DNA of 54,467 nt from a virus: the IMG/VR virus record IMGVR_UViG_3300045988_123643. One strand, 5' to 3'. The notes below the pieces were generated by a model. The model saw only the letters and a list, made by a program, of their open reading frames with translations. It searched no databases and had not been told where the DNA came from. Position numbers and translations under genes: made by a program. This document shows, one piece after another, positions 25,187-34,780 of this stretch. Position 1 is the first letter of the stretch. Each line of letters opens with the position of its first letter.

Positions 25187-28100
25187 CTATACTAAATCCT
25201 CCAGCATCAGTATCAACATTTTGATAAACGGAATCCATTATAAAATAAGATGCATATTTATTAAAGACATCAAAAGAATAGATGTAATTACTATGTACTT
25301 TTCTAGTTCCAGTTAATAGAATAGTGTAATTACTATCATAAAAGGTCGTATTAAGATAAACGGTTTTACCTATCCCGGAAGTACTTGAGTACCCCCATTG
25401 AATAAGCAGACCATCATCATATTTACGATAACCGTTTTGTCCAAGCGATTTGACTCCGATATTAGAGAAATCTTTCAAAGCATACGTAGTTCCAAGAGAA
25501 CTTAGTACACTCTTTTCCTCATCCGTCATAAACTTCTTATTTGTCACTTCTGTTATGTCTGAAGCAGAATGTGAATGTGACGCGGCAGCATAACTTCCCT
25601 TAGGCTGATAAGTTGAGTCATGATTATGATCCTTTTCAGCTTTACCATTCCATGTACTTTTTTCCGTATCAGAAACAAAACGGTGAGTAGCATCCGGAGT
25701 CACTTCAGTAGCAACATGGCTATGTGATGAAGGAGCATAACTGCCTTTAGGCTGATAAGCAGAGTCATGATTGTGGTTGCCGGCTGCTTTACTATTCCAA
25801 GTAGATTTTTCCGAATCAGTTACGAACCTATGTGTTGAATCAGGAGTCACATCACTAGCTGCATGATTATGTGATGAAGAAGCATAGTTGCCAGCAGGCT
25901 GATATACTCCGGAATGGTTGTGATTCCCTGCAGCCTTACTGTTCCATGTGCTTTTTTCAGAGTCAGAAACAAATCTATGTGTTGAATCAGGTGTAATATC
26001 AGCAGCATCATGAGTATGTGATGCGTCAGCATAATCACCGAGGGGTTGATAATCTGCATCGTGGTTATGATTAGAAGGAGAGGCCCCGACTTCGCTTGCG
26101 GTGTAACTCGGTTTATTGGCAGTCTTTGCCCATGCGGGCACGTCGCTTGCCGGCATTGAAGTTGGGAAGTCGCTAATATCTACTTTCTTGTGTGTATGAG
26201 CTAACGGAGTTCTTGCATTACTTAAGCGGGCATCATTACCTTCGCATACAGATCCGGCAGCCGTACCAAAATCTTTATTAAAAGCCGTTTTTTTAGTAAA
26301 TGCAGGCTCATAAGTACCCGCATGATTGTGATTTGAAGAAGAAGCGCCAACTTCGCTCGCTGTATATGAAGGTTTGCTAGATGCTTTCGCCCAATCTGGC
26401 ACATCGCTTGCCGGCATCGAAGTAGGAAAATCACTGATCTCAGATTTCTTGTGAGTATGTGCTTTCGGTGTACGAGCATCACTTAAACGAGCATCGTTAC
26501 CTTCGCATACAGTCCCGGTAGCACTACCAAAGTTCTTATTAAAGGCTGTGTTCTTAGTGAATGCGGGTTCATAAGTTCCAGTATGGTTATGATTAGTAGG
26601 AGAGGCCCCGACTTCGTTTGCGGTGTAACTCGGTTTATTGGCAGCCTTTGCCCATGCGGGCACGTCACTCGCCGGCATTGAAGTTGGGAAGTCGCTAATA
26701 TCTGCTTTCTTATGTGTATGAGATAACGGAGCTCTTGCATTACTTAAGCGGGCATCGTTACCTTCGCACACGGTTCCGGCAGCCGTACCGAAATTCTTAT
26801 TGAAGGCAGTTAGTTTAGTAATAATCTTCTCATATACTGTATCGTGATTATGTGCATCCAGAGCAGCTTTCAATGCCTTACCCTGTTCAGCAGAAAGAAC
26901 CTTACTAGTCTCCCCGGTCGTCAGATTATTAACGATATCAGTTATATTGAGCTTTTTCCCTAACTCTGTTGCCATAGTTGCTGCAAAGTTCGGATCATTA
27001 TTAAGTGCGTTCGCTAACTCAATCAATGTATCAAGAGCGTCCGGAGCACCGGCTACCAATTTGTCGATAGCTGCTTGCACTTTAGCGTCAACACCGGATA
27101 CTGCATTGTTAGCGGCCAATGCTGCTGCATTGGCATCATCCGTTGCTTTTTTCGCTAAACCAGTCTGTGTTACAGATGCATTTTTAGCTGCGTTTGCATC
27201 ATCCGTTGCTTTCTTTGCCAGAGCTGTTTGGGCTTCTGAAGCTGTTTTAGCAGCATTGGCGCCTGCCGCCGCAGTAGTAGCAGCTTCTTTTGCTGCATTG
27301 ACACTACCAGCAGCAGTATTAGCCGCATCCGTAGCTTTTTTTGCTAGCTCTGTTTGTGTTACAGACGCATTCTTTGCAGCATTCGCATCGTCAGTGGCCT
27401 TCTTTACAGTATCTAGTTGAGCAGTAGCATCTTCCGTAGCAGATGCCATTTCTTGCACAATACCGGCATACTCAGACTTACGTTGAGACTCTGCTTCTAC
27501 ACGCTCTGTTTCAGCATTCACGCGTTTTGTTTCGTTTGATCCGCGAAGAGTTTCAGCAGATTTTCGGGCCTCTTCATTCTGCTTTCTTGTATTTTCAGCA
27601 GAGGAACGAGCTGTTTCAGCAGTGGTCCGGGAAGTTTCAGCAGCCTTTCTTTTGTTTTCCTCCGACGCCCGGTCTGCTTCCGTAGACTTACGAGCGGTTT
27701 CGGCAGATACGCGTTCGGATTCTGCCGTGCCCCTGGCGGTCTCGGCTGCCACACGAGAAGTTTCATTCGTTTCCCTTGTGACTTCAGCTTCTTTCCGTTT
27801 TTCTTCTGCTGTTACACGGTCTAATTCAGCAGTAGAACGAGTCGTTTCAGCCGTTTTGCGCTTATCTTCTTCCTTCACACGTTCCGATTCAGCAGAGGAA
27901 CGCCCGCTTTCGGCTGTTTTACGAGTTTCTTCATTGCTTTTGCGTGTTTGTTCATCAGAGACACGTTTATTTTCTGTGTCCACACGACTGGTTTCAGCCG
28001 TAACACGCTTTCCTTCTGCGGTCGCGCGAGCGGTCTCAGCCGTTTTACGGGCATCCTCATTCTGTATTCTTGTATTCTCAGCAGAGGAACGAGCTGTTTC

Positions 28101-28697
28101 AGCTGAGACACGTGCTTCTTCGACTGTTACCCGTTTTCCTTCTGCGGTAACTCTAGCAGACTCGGCAGACTTACGAGCTGTTTCGGCAGATACGCGTTCG
28201 GATTCTGCCGTGCCTCTGGCAGTCTCAGCATTCTTTCTCGTTTGCTCATTAGATTCGCGTGTACCTTCGGCTGTTACTCGCTTACCTTCTGCGGTTACAC
28301 GATTACTTTCAGCAGAGGAACGTCCAGTTTCAGCCGTTTTGCGAGCATTCTCATTAGTGATACGCACTGATTCAGCAGCTTCCCGGGCCTGTTCTTCTCT
28401 TGAGCGTCCCGTTTCAGCTGTCTGCCTTGATTGCTCGGAAGCGTTACGACGAGACTCAGCAGTTTCACGAGTTGATTCATTCTCTTCAACGGCAGCTTCT
28501 AATTGCCGCATATCGGTAGTAGCGGTTTTGGCATCGCTCGTAGCTTTGAGCATATTATCTAAGGCTGTCTGCATCTTCTCTAGCCCGAATTTAAGGCTGG
28601 TCTTAACACCGCTGACAATTCGATAGCCGATGGTGTAGAAGCCTTTCATGTCGCTGGCTTCGTTCAACTCTGATATTCTTTTCTTTTTTAATGGCAT
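25152..28697 (-). CDS. Tail fibre, 1181 aa, built from four nested repeat classes plus a C-terminal receptor-binding tip
   Basis: Contains 48 uninterrupted [ST][AN]ExxRx heptads, Ala-rich AKKATDDANAAKNASVTQT repeats, three 86-aa repeats, about four 47-aa repeats carrying HxH motifs, and a C-terminal GLLIQWG...FYWFAIGRWK domain. Confidence 0.85.
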   Translation of the reverse strand: MPLKKKRISELNEASDMKGFYTIGYRIVSGVKTSLKFGLEKMQTALDNMLKATSDAKTATTDMRQLEAAVEENESTRETAESRRNASEQSRQTAETGRSREEQAREAAESVRITNENARKTAETGRSSAESNRVTAEGKRVTAEGTRESNEQTRKNAETARGTAESERVSAETARKSAESARVTAEGKRVTVEEARVSAETARSSAENTRIQNEDARKTAETARATAEGKRVTAETSRVDTENKRVSDEQTRKSNEETRKTAESGRSSAESERVKEEDKRKTAETTRSTAELDRVTAEEKRKEAEVTRETNETSRVAAETARGTAESERVSAETARKSTEADRASEENKRKAAETSRTTAETARSSAENTRKQNEEARKSAETLRGSNETKRVNAETERVEAESQRKSEYAGIVQEMASATEDATAQLDTVKKATDDANAAKNASVTQTELAKKATDAANTAAGSVNAAKEAATTAAAGANAAKTASEAQTALAKKATDDANAAKNASVTQTGLAKKATDDANAAALAANNAVSGVDAKVQAAIDKLVAGAPDALDTLIELANALNNDPNFAATMATELGKKLNITDIVNNLTTGETSKVLSAEQGKALKAALDAHNHDTVYEKIITKLTAFNKNFGTAAGTVCEGNDARLSNARAPLSHTHKKADISDFPTSMPASDVPAWAKAANKPSYTANEVGASPTNHNHTGTYEPAFTKNTAFNKNFGSATGTVCEGNDARLSDARTPKAHTHKKSEISDFPTSMPASDVPDWAKASSKPSYTASEVGASSSNHNHAGTYEPAFTKKTAFNKDFGTAAGSVCEGNDARLSNARTPLAHTHKKVDISDFPTSMPASDVPAWAKTANKPSYTASEVGASPSNHNHDADYQPLGDYADASHTHDAADITPDSTHRFVSDSEKSTWNSKAAGNHNHSGVYQPAGNYASSSHNHAASDVTPDSTHRFVTDSEKSTWNSKAAGNHNHDSAYQPKGSYAPSSHSHVATEVTPDATHRFVSDTEKSTWNGKAEKDHNHDSTYQPKGSYAAASHSHSASDITEVTNKKFMTDEEKSVLSSLGTTYALKDFSNIGVKSLGQNGYRKYDDGLLIQWGYSSTSGIGKTVYLNTTFYDSNYTILLTGTRKVHSNYIYSFDVFNKYASYFIMDSVYQNVDTDAGGFSIAFYWFAIGRWK
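25480..25502. repeat. Inverted repeat, right (inside the fibre gene): GCATACGTAGTTCCAAGAGAACT
   Basis: Reverse complement AGTTCTCTTGGAACTACGTATGC. Encodes SSLGTTYA in the fibre reading frame. Confidence 0.85.
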
Positions 28698-28702
28698 GGC
28701 TT

Positions 28703-28924
28703 CTATACTTTTTCTATTTTTACTTTTCCGCGATTGACAAACACAGACAATTTATTATCAGTAATATGCTCACAAAGAGACATATCTGATAATGTACAAG
28801 TTGCTATACAATCACAAATTTCATAAAGGGAACATTTGTGACATTTGAATCCTTCCAGGTCCCATTGTATCGCCTCATGATACTCTCCTTTAATTACGAT
28901 TCCATTTATTTCTTTTTCATTCAT
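28703..28924 (-). CDS. Hypothetical Cys-rich 73-aa protein
   Basis: Seven Cys (CHKC...CDC...C...C) in a 73-aa ORF between Dit and the fibre. Confidence 0.45.
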   Translation of the reverse strand: MNEKEINGIVIKGEYHEAIQWDLEGFKCHKCSLYEICDCIATCTLSDMSLCEHITDNKLSVFVNRGKVKIEKV

Positions 28925-28931
28925 AGTCTCT

Positions 28932-29891
28932 TCAATTTAAGTCTATATAAAATTCTCCGTCCTCTGTTATGATAAACTCACCAGCTTCGGATGCAAGTAA
29001 GAACTCCGTTTCTCCAATCCGGAAACTGGTAAATACGAGCTTCAAGGTAAATTCCCACCATACACCGTTATTCAGAGTAAAACTGTTTGTCTGACAGTTC
29101 TTATAATAGCAGGGATAGCTTTCACTCCACTCGTCACAATAAAATATACGTTCCGCATCGGAATACTCATATCCTTCATCATCTGTCTTTAAATGTAGCT
29201 TTGTCAAGTCATGAAGTAGAGCATCACGATTGCGCCAGAATGTTTCGATCGTCTTAGCTCGCATTGCGCATTTTATAGCTACATCTTTAGTTTGAAACTT
29301 TACGGCATTCCCGTCGTAGATGGCTCCGTCCTGGTACTTGAAATTTTGCAGCAGGTTCTTCTTTACCGCAGGAGTTTTCAGTATCTCTGCTGTACTGCCT
29401 TTCAATACTACTACACCATAGTCGGTCAGATCTTTACCGTCAAGCTCATAGCCCTTTGGAAATGGGAGGTCACTATCGTTAATAGGTTCTTGATACTCAT
29501 AGTTGGCTTCACGGAGAAAGTCATTTGTAAGAGTGAACTTAGAAATTTCAAGGCCCGTATTGATTACATAACTGTTTTGAGAAGACAAACGTAGGGTATA
29601 TGTTCTGTCAATGAGTGGAAAACGAAATTCATGATAGCTCAGGTCCGAGAGCTTATCAATTAGTCCGCCAATACCCATACTGCCCATATATGCAAATTCA
29701 ATGCTTATATCACTTGTGTTTAGGGCAATATTAGAAAGGTCAAATTCTTGCCCATCTTCTTCCGGCCAGTCGTTTTTTTCCGGTTCTTTGATAGCAGGGA
29801 AGGCTACAAGATTATTGTAGCTTCCCTTTGTAACGCATATCCCTAAACTGGTATATGCATCTATTCCGTCTAAGTAAAATTGTCCTGTCAT
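28932..29891 (-). CDS. Distal tail protein (Dit-like)
   Basis: 319-aa ORF immediately downstream of, and overlapping, the tape-measure stop. Called by position. Confidence 0.55.
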   Translation of the reverse strand: MTGQFYLDGIDAYTSLGICVTKGSYNNLVAFPAIKEPEKNDWPEEDGQEFDLSNIALNTSDISIEFAYMGSMGIGGLIDKLSDLSYHEFRFPLIDRTYTLRLSSQNSYVINTGLEISKFTLTNDFLREANYEYQEPINDSDLPFPKGYELDGKDLTDYGVVVLKGSTAEILKTPAVKKNLLQNFKYQDGAIYDGNAVKFQTKDVAIKCAMRAKTIETFWRNRDALLHDLTKLHLKTDDEGYEYSDAERIFYCDEWSESYPCYYKNCQTNSFTLNNGVWWEFTLKLVFTSFRIGETEFLLASEAGEFIITEDGEFYIDLN

Positions 29892-32800
29892 CGCTTCAGT
29901 GTTATGCCTTTAGTGTTCAATGTGTCAATCCCCATTCTGATAGATTCTATAGCCTTTTCAATAGCTTCAAGGCGTGCCGTATGACTACTTATGTCTGACA
30001 GGTAAGTAATGACAAGATCGCTATGTTTCATCATTTCACCTATATTTTTGTCCATGCTGGATAAGTATACAAGCTTCTCTATGATCTTATCTGTACTCAA
30101 TTGTATTTGCTTGACTCCTTCGTTTATTGAGTATGTGTGAGAAGTCATAACAGCGAAACTACCATCCAGTTTATCAGCAGAGTCTTGTGACATGGAAGCA
30201 AAACCTTTCTTTGAAGCTTCACGTTCATCGTCTTTGTTCCATCCATACATTTCTGCCAACGCATCCCGTTTGGCTTTCATGTCATCGGAAATCTGTTGGC
30301 CTTCAGCTTTTAAAGCATTATATTCTTCTTCGGTTACTCCATCATCCATAGCTTTGTAAAACTTCTCTCTCCAAGCTGTTAGTCGGCTCATATAGTCCTC
30401 TTTGAGCATTGAGTTTAGAATAGCATTTCTCATGTATTCTTCAAAGTTATCTGCGAAATCAGCACTATCGGCATCCATATCTGTAAGCAGATCCTGAAAG
30501 TCTGAACGAAGTCCGTCTATATCAATGAGAGTAGCATCGGTGATCTTCTGCTCGACAACCTCTGCAACCTGGGTAACACCATCCACTATCTGATCCGCGA
30601 ATTTTTGAGTGTCAGAGTCAAGTTGTGACCAGAAGATCCCAGCATTTTCTTGAAGTTTTGCAAGTTGTTCATCTGTCAAATCAAACAGACCGGCCATGCG
30701 TCCGCCCATTTTGTCTTTAAATTCATCGACGCTCATACCTAGCGTATCTGCCGCTTGCTTCCACCCCTCCATGGACATATCTTCCACTTCAGTATATCCC
30801 TTTGAATGTGATTTGCCGGATGCACCAGAGTTCAAGTATTGTTTACCTAAAACACGTGCATTCTCATTCTGTAGCCTTATCATTTCAAGGGCCTTATCAT
30901 AAGCAGCATTCGCATTATCTCCTGTAAGAGTTTCAGCCAATTCCAGTTGCTTTTCTATCACTCTATCAAGAATGTTGATATAAGATTCATAAGCTTCTTT
31001 GGCTTTCTCATACTTTTCTGTTGTGTCGTCTTTGCCGAACAGGTCGAAGATTTTCATTGCTATCTGCATAGCTGCACCGATGATGGCGAGAATGACAGAT
31101 GCTTTTTCAACCGCTTTGATTGCAGTTGATGCCGTTGTTGATGCCGTTTCTACGCCATTCATCGCTGTCATGGCGAAGGTGCCGATATTGCCAATGATAC
31201 TTATAATTTCACCGGCTTGTCCGCCGATAGCTGAACCTAGATCTTTTAAAGCGTCACCGAGTTCTCCGATAACGCTTGCCACTTTCCTTTCAGCAGCTTG
31301 TACCTTTGCACTGGCTTTCGTCGTTTTGTCTTTTGCTTCATTGTAGTTATCCGTTTTCTCCTTCACCTTATCCAACGCCTGCGCCTCGGTTAGATAAGCT
31401 TTAGTTGAATCGATCTTTCCGGTCTTGGGATTATACTTAGAAGACTTGACACCGTTCTCAATCATAGCACCGCCTTTCACTGCTTCCGCCTGGGTCCGGG
31501 CATTCTCTAACTCAATTTGCGCTTTAGCTAGTTCTTCCTCCGCTTCTGCCAGTTCCTTCTTCTTGTCAGATAATGATTGAAACGGATTACGTGAATCCAG
31601 TTCATCCATGATTGATTGAATAGTGCTAGTATATTCACGAAGTTGGTCCGGAGATAATACCTTAGCTGCTGTCCCTTTTGCATTCTCTAGTTGAGAAAGA
31701 AGAGAATTAAGAGTTTCAGAAGATGTTTCTTTCAAATTCTCAAAGGCACGAACGTATTCCGGAGATTCTTTCAGCTTATTATAGTCCATATTCATAAGTT
31801 CCATACCCTTATCTTTTGTAGCTTGGGTGATGGAACGATCAATCTGTTCTACTTGATCTGTATCTCCATTCTTTACTGCTTGTTTTCGTTGTTCCTGCAA
31901 GATGGCAATATCTTCATTGAATTTTCGTTCAATCGCAAGACGTTGGTCTGTATAATCCTGATACTGATTCAACAGGTCAGATAAATCGTCTCCGCGATCA
32001 AACTTTGTATTGGTAGCGATTGTAGCTTCTTTTGCTATATTATCGAATGAAGCAAACAGTTTTTTCGTAGATTCTGAATTGATGAAAACATCTGCATTAA
32101 AAACCTTCTTTTTATTTTGAGGATTGATTTCAAAAGCAGCTTGTGCATCTTCTATTACTTTCCGTTTCTTATCCTCGATTTCGCGCTTAATAGCCTGTAA
32201 TTCTAGCCGATGATTGAGTGCTCTTTGCCTTAGAACCTTTTCACTGCTTTCTTTAAGTTTATTGATTTCAATCTGCTCAAGTTCATTTGCTGAATCTTCT
32301 TTTATTCGTTCCTGTTCAAACTTTTGTTTCTCTAACAGGAGTTTATATTTTTCTTGTTCTTCACGTAATTTTTGTGCCTTATCATCCTGTTTGGAAAATG
32401 AATCATAAACTTTTAATTCTTTCTCTGCTTCTTTTAGTTTTTTGATATTTTCTTTGTAAGCAGTAATGACAGTAGCATCAATCCCTTTGAAATTTCCAGC
32501 ATCCATCAATTTCTTTTGAGCCGAAGCTATTGAATCTAGTGCTTTCGTTGCATCATCTTTTTGCTTGGTCCAAAAGGCTTTATTTTGAATCTCCGCCTTT
32601 TTATTTTCTTTTTTATCTTCTTCTTTCGCTTGTTTTTGAATCTTTGCAATATTATCTACAACCTTTTGAGCTGCATCAACTTCTATTTTAGCCCTGCCAA
32701 GTTGTATGTCATATTGTCCGGAATAAGTTCCACGTTTTGAATCTTCAGCAATTAAAGACTGAATTGAGTCATAATTACGTTGAGCCATAATCAATTTGGT

Positions 32801-34516
32801 TTGTGCTCCAATTCGTGCACGTCTCTGAACTTCTTCTGCGATCATCTTATTTAAAGAAAGGATATCCATCAATTTAAGTTTTTCAATATCCATATTCTTA
32901 AAAATATTTGGCATAATGCTTTGAAGCTTATTATATGCTATAACTTTCTCATAATTTGCAGAAGTCTCATCGCGTATCGTTGAAAGTAAATCTGTAGCAC
33001 TTTTTTTCAAATTATCAGCTTGTTCGGTATATGCTTTGCATGCTTCATTATATTTTCTCTGTACTTTTTCAGCTTCTGTCTCAACCGTTACCACATGGTA
33101 TATTGCGTAACCGAGCGTTGCAAATGCAGCGGCAGCCAGCACATAAGGGTTGGTTAGCATCGCTGCTGCATTTTTTAATTGTGCAATCGTTTGGGCCTTG
33201 AGAGCTTTTGTCAATAAAACACGTGCAGATGTGTTTTTGGCAATCATTGCAGCTTCAACGGCATACGTGCCTTTAGTCAATACCAAGTTAGCCGCTTCAA
33301 TAGTCCGCTGCTTGTTAACAATAGCTGTAACTGTTGCATGTACTTGTTTAGCGGTACTTACAGCCAAAATACTTCCTTTGTATCCTGCAAGGGCAGTCGT
33401 AACGACGACTATTAAGGCACCTATATCTTTCAATGCCTCTTGAACACTGCCATCTTTAAAGGCTTCGTTCATAGATTGTGCTGCGGCAGATATTTCTTTT
33501 AAGATTTCCTGTCCTAACGGGCGAAGGGCGGCCGTTATGTTATTCCCCAGTAGCTTCATTTGATTATCAGCAGAAGAAGCCATTTCTTTAAAAGCTGTTT
33601 CTGCTGCGCCTGTGGCATTTTGCATTTCTTCCAAATGTCCGGCAGCCTCTTTGACGTTAATTCCTGTCAATCCAAGAACTGCATTGACCGCCTCGATTTC
33701 TGGAACTAATCTACGAAGTTCTGCTTCCGAGCCTCCTGCCTGTCTAGCAACTTCTGCTAGCGCCTCTTGATAGGTCCTGTTATCAAATGCGCCATCACCG
33801 AGCACCTTGGATACTGCAATAATGGAAGCACGTATTTGAGTCATTGCTTGCGCTGTAGGCGTACCTTGTTTGGTTAGGGTAGCAACAGCGGCTAAGACCT
33901 GATCTACTTCCACACCATAGGCGGCAGCAACAGGCGCAACTTGCGCAATACTCTTGCCTAACTCTCCAAATGAGGTCTTACCAAGCCGGACGGTAGTAAA
34001 TAGTTGATCTGATATTTTCTCAGCTTCTGAAACATCAAGCTTATAGGCATTCAATAGGGTAGTGATACCGTCTGCCGCCGTTGCTGTATCGGTAACTCCA
34101 CCGATGGCAGCTTTAGCGGATACTTCTAAAATTTTCATACCATCAGCGCCGTCATGGCCGGCAGATACAATTTGATACAATGCTTTAGCCGCATCATTCG
34201 CAAGTACCGGCACCTCTCGGGTCAGTTCTACGACTTGATTCATATAATCGGTTAGACTGCCCTTTATTCCGCTTGAAAGGGTAGCAACTTCTTTCATACT
34301 TTGTTGGAACTGCTTTTCAAAGTCGTATGCACCTTTGGCGGCCTGGGCAAATGCAATGCCCGCACTTATACCAATCCCACCGAATACATCAAAAGAAGTG
34401 ATCTCACCGGCCATCGCCTTGATAATTCCTATTGCTTCTCGGCGCCCGGAATATAACCCCGAGTTGTCTATTCCTGTCGCAAAATATAACGCTCCGTCTT
34501 TATTTTGAATACCCAT
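29888..34516 (-). CDS. Tape measure protein
   Basis: About 1540 aa, helical and Ala/Lys/Glu-rich with hydrophobic segments, downstream of the tail chaperones. The ATG at 34516 (MGIQNKDG) is preferred over the TTG at 34600. Confidence 0.85.
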   Translation of the reverse strand: MGIQNKDGALYFATGIDNSGLYSGRREAIGIIKAMAGEITSFDVFGGIGISAGIAFAQAAKGAYDFEKQFQQSMKEVATLSSGIKGSLTDYMNQVVELTREVPVLANDAAKALYQIVSAGHDGADGMKILEVSAKAAIGGVTDTATAADGITTLLNAYKLDVSEAEKISDQLFTTVRLGKTSFGELGKSIAQVAPVAAAYGVEVDQVLAAVATLTKQGTPTAQAMTQIRASIIAVSKVLGDGAFDNRTYQEALAEVARQAGGSEAELRRLVPEIEAVNAVLGLTGINVKEAAGHLEEMQNATGAAETAFKEMASSADNQMKLLGNNITAALRPLGQEILKEISAAAQSMNEAFKDGSVQEALKDIGALIVVVTTALAGYKGSILAVSTAKQVHATVTAIVNKQRTIEAANLVLTKGTYAVEAAMIAKNTSARVLLTKALKAQTIAQLKNAAAMLTNPYVLAAAAFATLGYAIYHVVTVETEAEKVQRKYNEACKAYTEQADNLKKSATDLLSTIRDETSANYEKVIAYNKLQSIMPNIFKNMDIEKLKLMDILSLNKMIAEEVQRRARIGAQTKLIMAQRNYDSIQSLIAEDSKRGTYSGQYDIQLGRAKIEVDAAQKVVDNIAKIQKQAKEEDKKENKKAEIQNKAFWTKQKDDATKALDSIASAQKKLMDAGNFKGIDATVITAYKENIKKLKEAEKELKVYDSFSKQDDKAQKLREEQEKYKLLLEKQKFEQERIKEDSANELEQIEINKLKESSEKVLRQRALNHRLELQAIKREIEDKKRKVIEDAQAAFEINPQNKKKVFNADVFINSESTKKLFASFDNIAKEATIATNTKFDRGDDLSDLLNQYQDYTDQRLAIERKFNEDIAILQEQRKQAVKNGDTDQVEQIDRSITQATKDKGMELMNMDYNKLKESPEYVRAFENLKETSSETLNSLLSQLENAKGTAAKVLSPDQLREYTSTIQSIMDELDSRNPFQSLSDKKKELAEAEEELAKAQIELENARTQAEAVKGGAMIENGVKSSKYNPKTGKIDSTKAYLTEAQALDKVKEKTDNYNEAKDKTTKASAKVQAAERKVASVIGELGDALKDLGSAIGGQAGEIISIIGNIGTFAMTAMNGVETASTTASTAIKAVEKASVILAIIGAAMQIAMKIFDLFGKDDTTEKYEKAKEAYESYINILDRVIEKQLELAETLTGDNANAAYDKALEMIRLQNENARVLGKQYLNSGASGKSHSKGYTEVEDMSMEGWKQAADTLGMSVDEFKDKMGGRMAGLFDLTDEQLAKLQENAGIFWSQLDSDTQKFADQIVDGVTQVAEVVEQKITDATLIDIDGLRSDFQDLLTDMDADSADFADNFEEYMRNAILNSMLKEDYMSRLTAWREKFYKAMDDGVTEEEYNALKAEGQQISDDMKAKRDALAEMYGWNKDDEREASKKGFASMSQDSADKLDGSFAVMTSHTYSINEGVKQIQLSTDKIIEKLVYLSSMDKNIGEMMKHSDLVITYLSDISSHTARLEAIEKAIESIRMGIDTLNTKGITLKR

Positions 34517-34594
34517 AGCATTTATTCTTAAAATATAAAGAGAAGCTAAAATTTGGCTATTTCGAGAAGAATAAGCATCTTTGCAGTGTTCTAA

Positions 34595-34718
34595 GACCAA
34601 GGAACAATTTTTTGATTTACTCTAGGGGAGTTGACAAGCCTACTATATCACAATATAGGCTATCAATTCCCTTTGCTACATAATCCCTAGTGTAAATGAA
34701 AGATTATGTTCCTTGGTC
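34595..34718. repeat. 124-nt element of three nested inverted repeats (outer stem a perfect 12 bp)
   Basis: GACCAAGGAACA (34595..34606) pairs with TGTTCCTTGGTC (34707..34718). CTAGGG (34622..34627) pairs with CCCTAG (34685..34690). GCCTA-TAT (34638..34646) pairs with ATATAGGC (34653..34660) with one bulge. Confidence 0.7.
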
Positions 34719-34780
34719 GGAAAGAATAGGGAAAAGATAGCCTTTTCTTATAATATATAAACCAAACATTCATTAGCACC

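Noticed and set aside
25500-28500. Regularly spaced repeats that could suggest a CRISPR array or a DGR variable region
   Set aside because: All repeats are in frame within one long ORF, with no spacer-like unique units. No reverse transcriptase gene, template repeat or cas gene exists anywhere in the window.
27622-28626. 334-aa plus-strand ORF (and the 157-aa ORF at 26947..27420) antisense to the fibre gene
   Set aside because: The frame stays open only because the sense strand is a strict heptad/Ala-rich repeat. The products are low-complexity S/A/R/V strings with no start context. The sense-strand fibre frame is continuous for 1181 aa.
34517-34600. TTG start at 34600 extending the tape measure by 28 aa
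   Set aside because: The extension (MVLEHCKDAYSSRNSQILASLYILRINA) overlaps the outer stem of the nested-repeat element and has no coding character. The ATG at 34516 begins the conserved-looking MGIQNKDGALYFATG.
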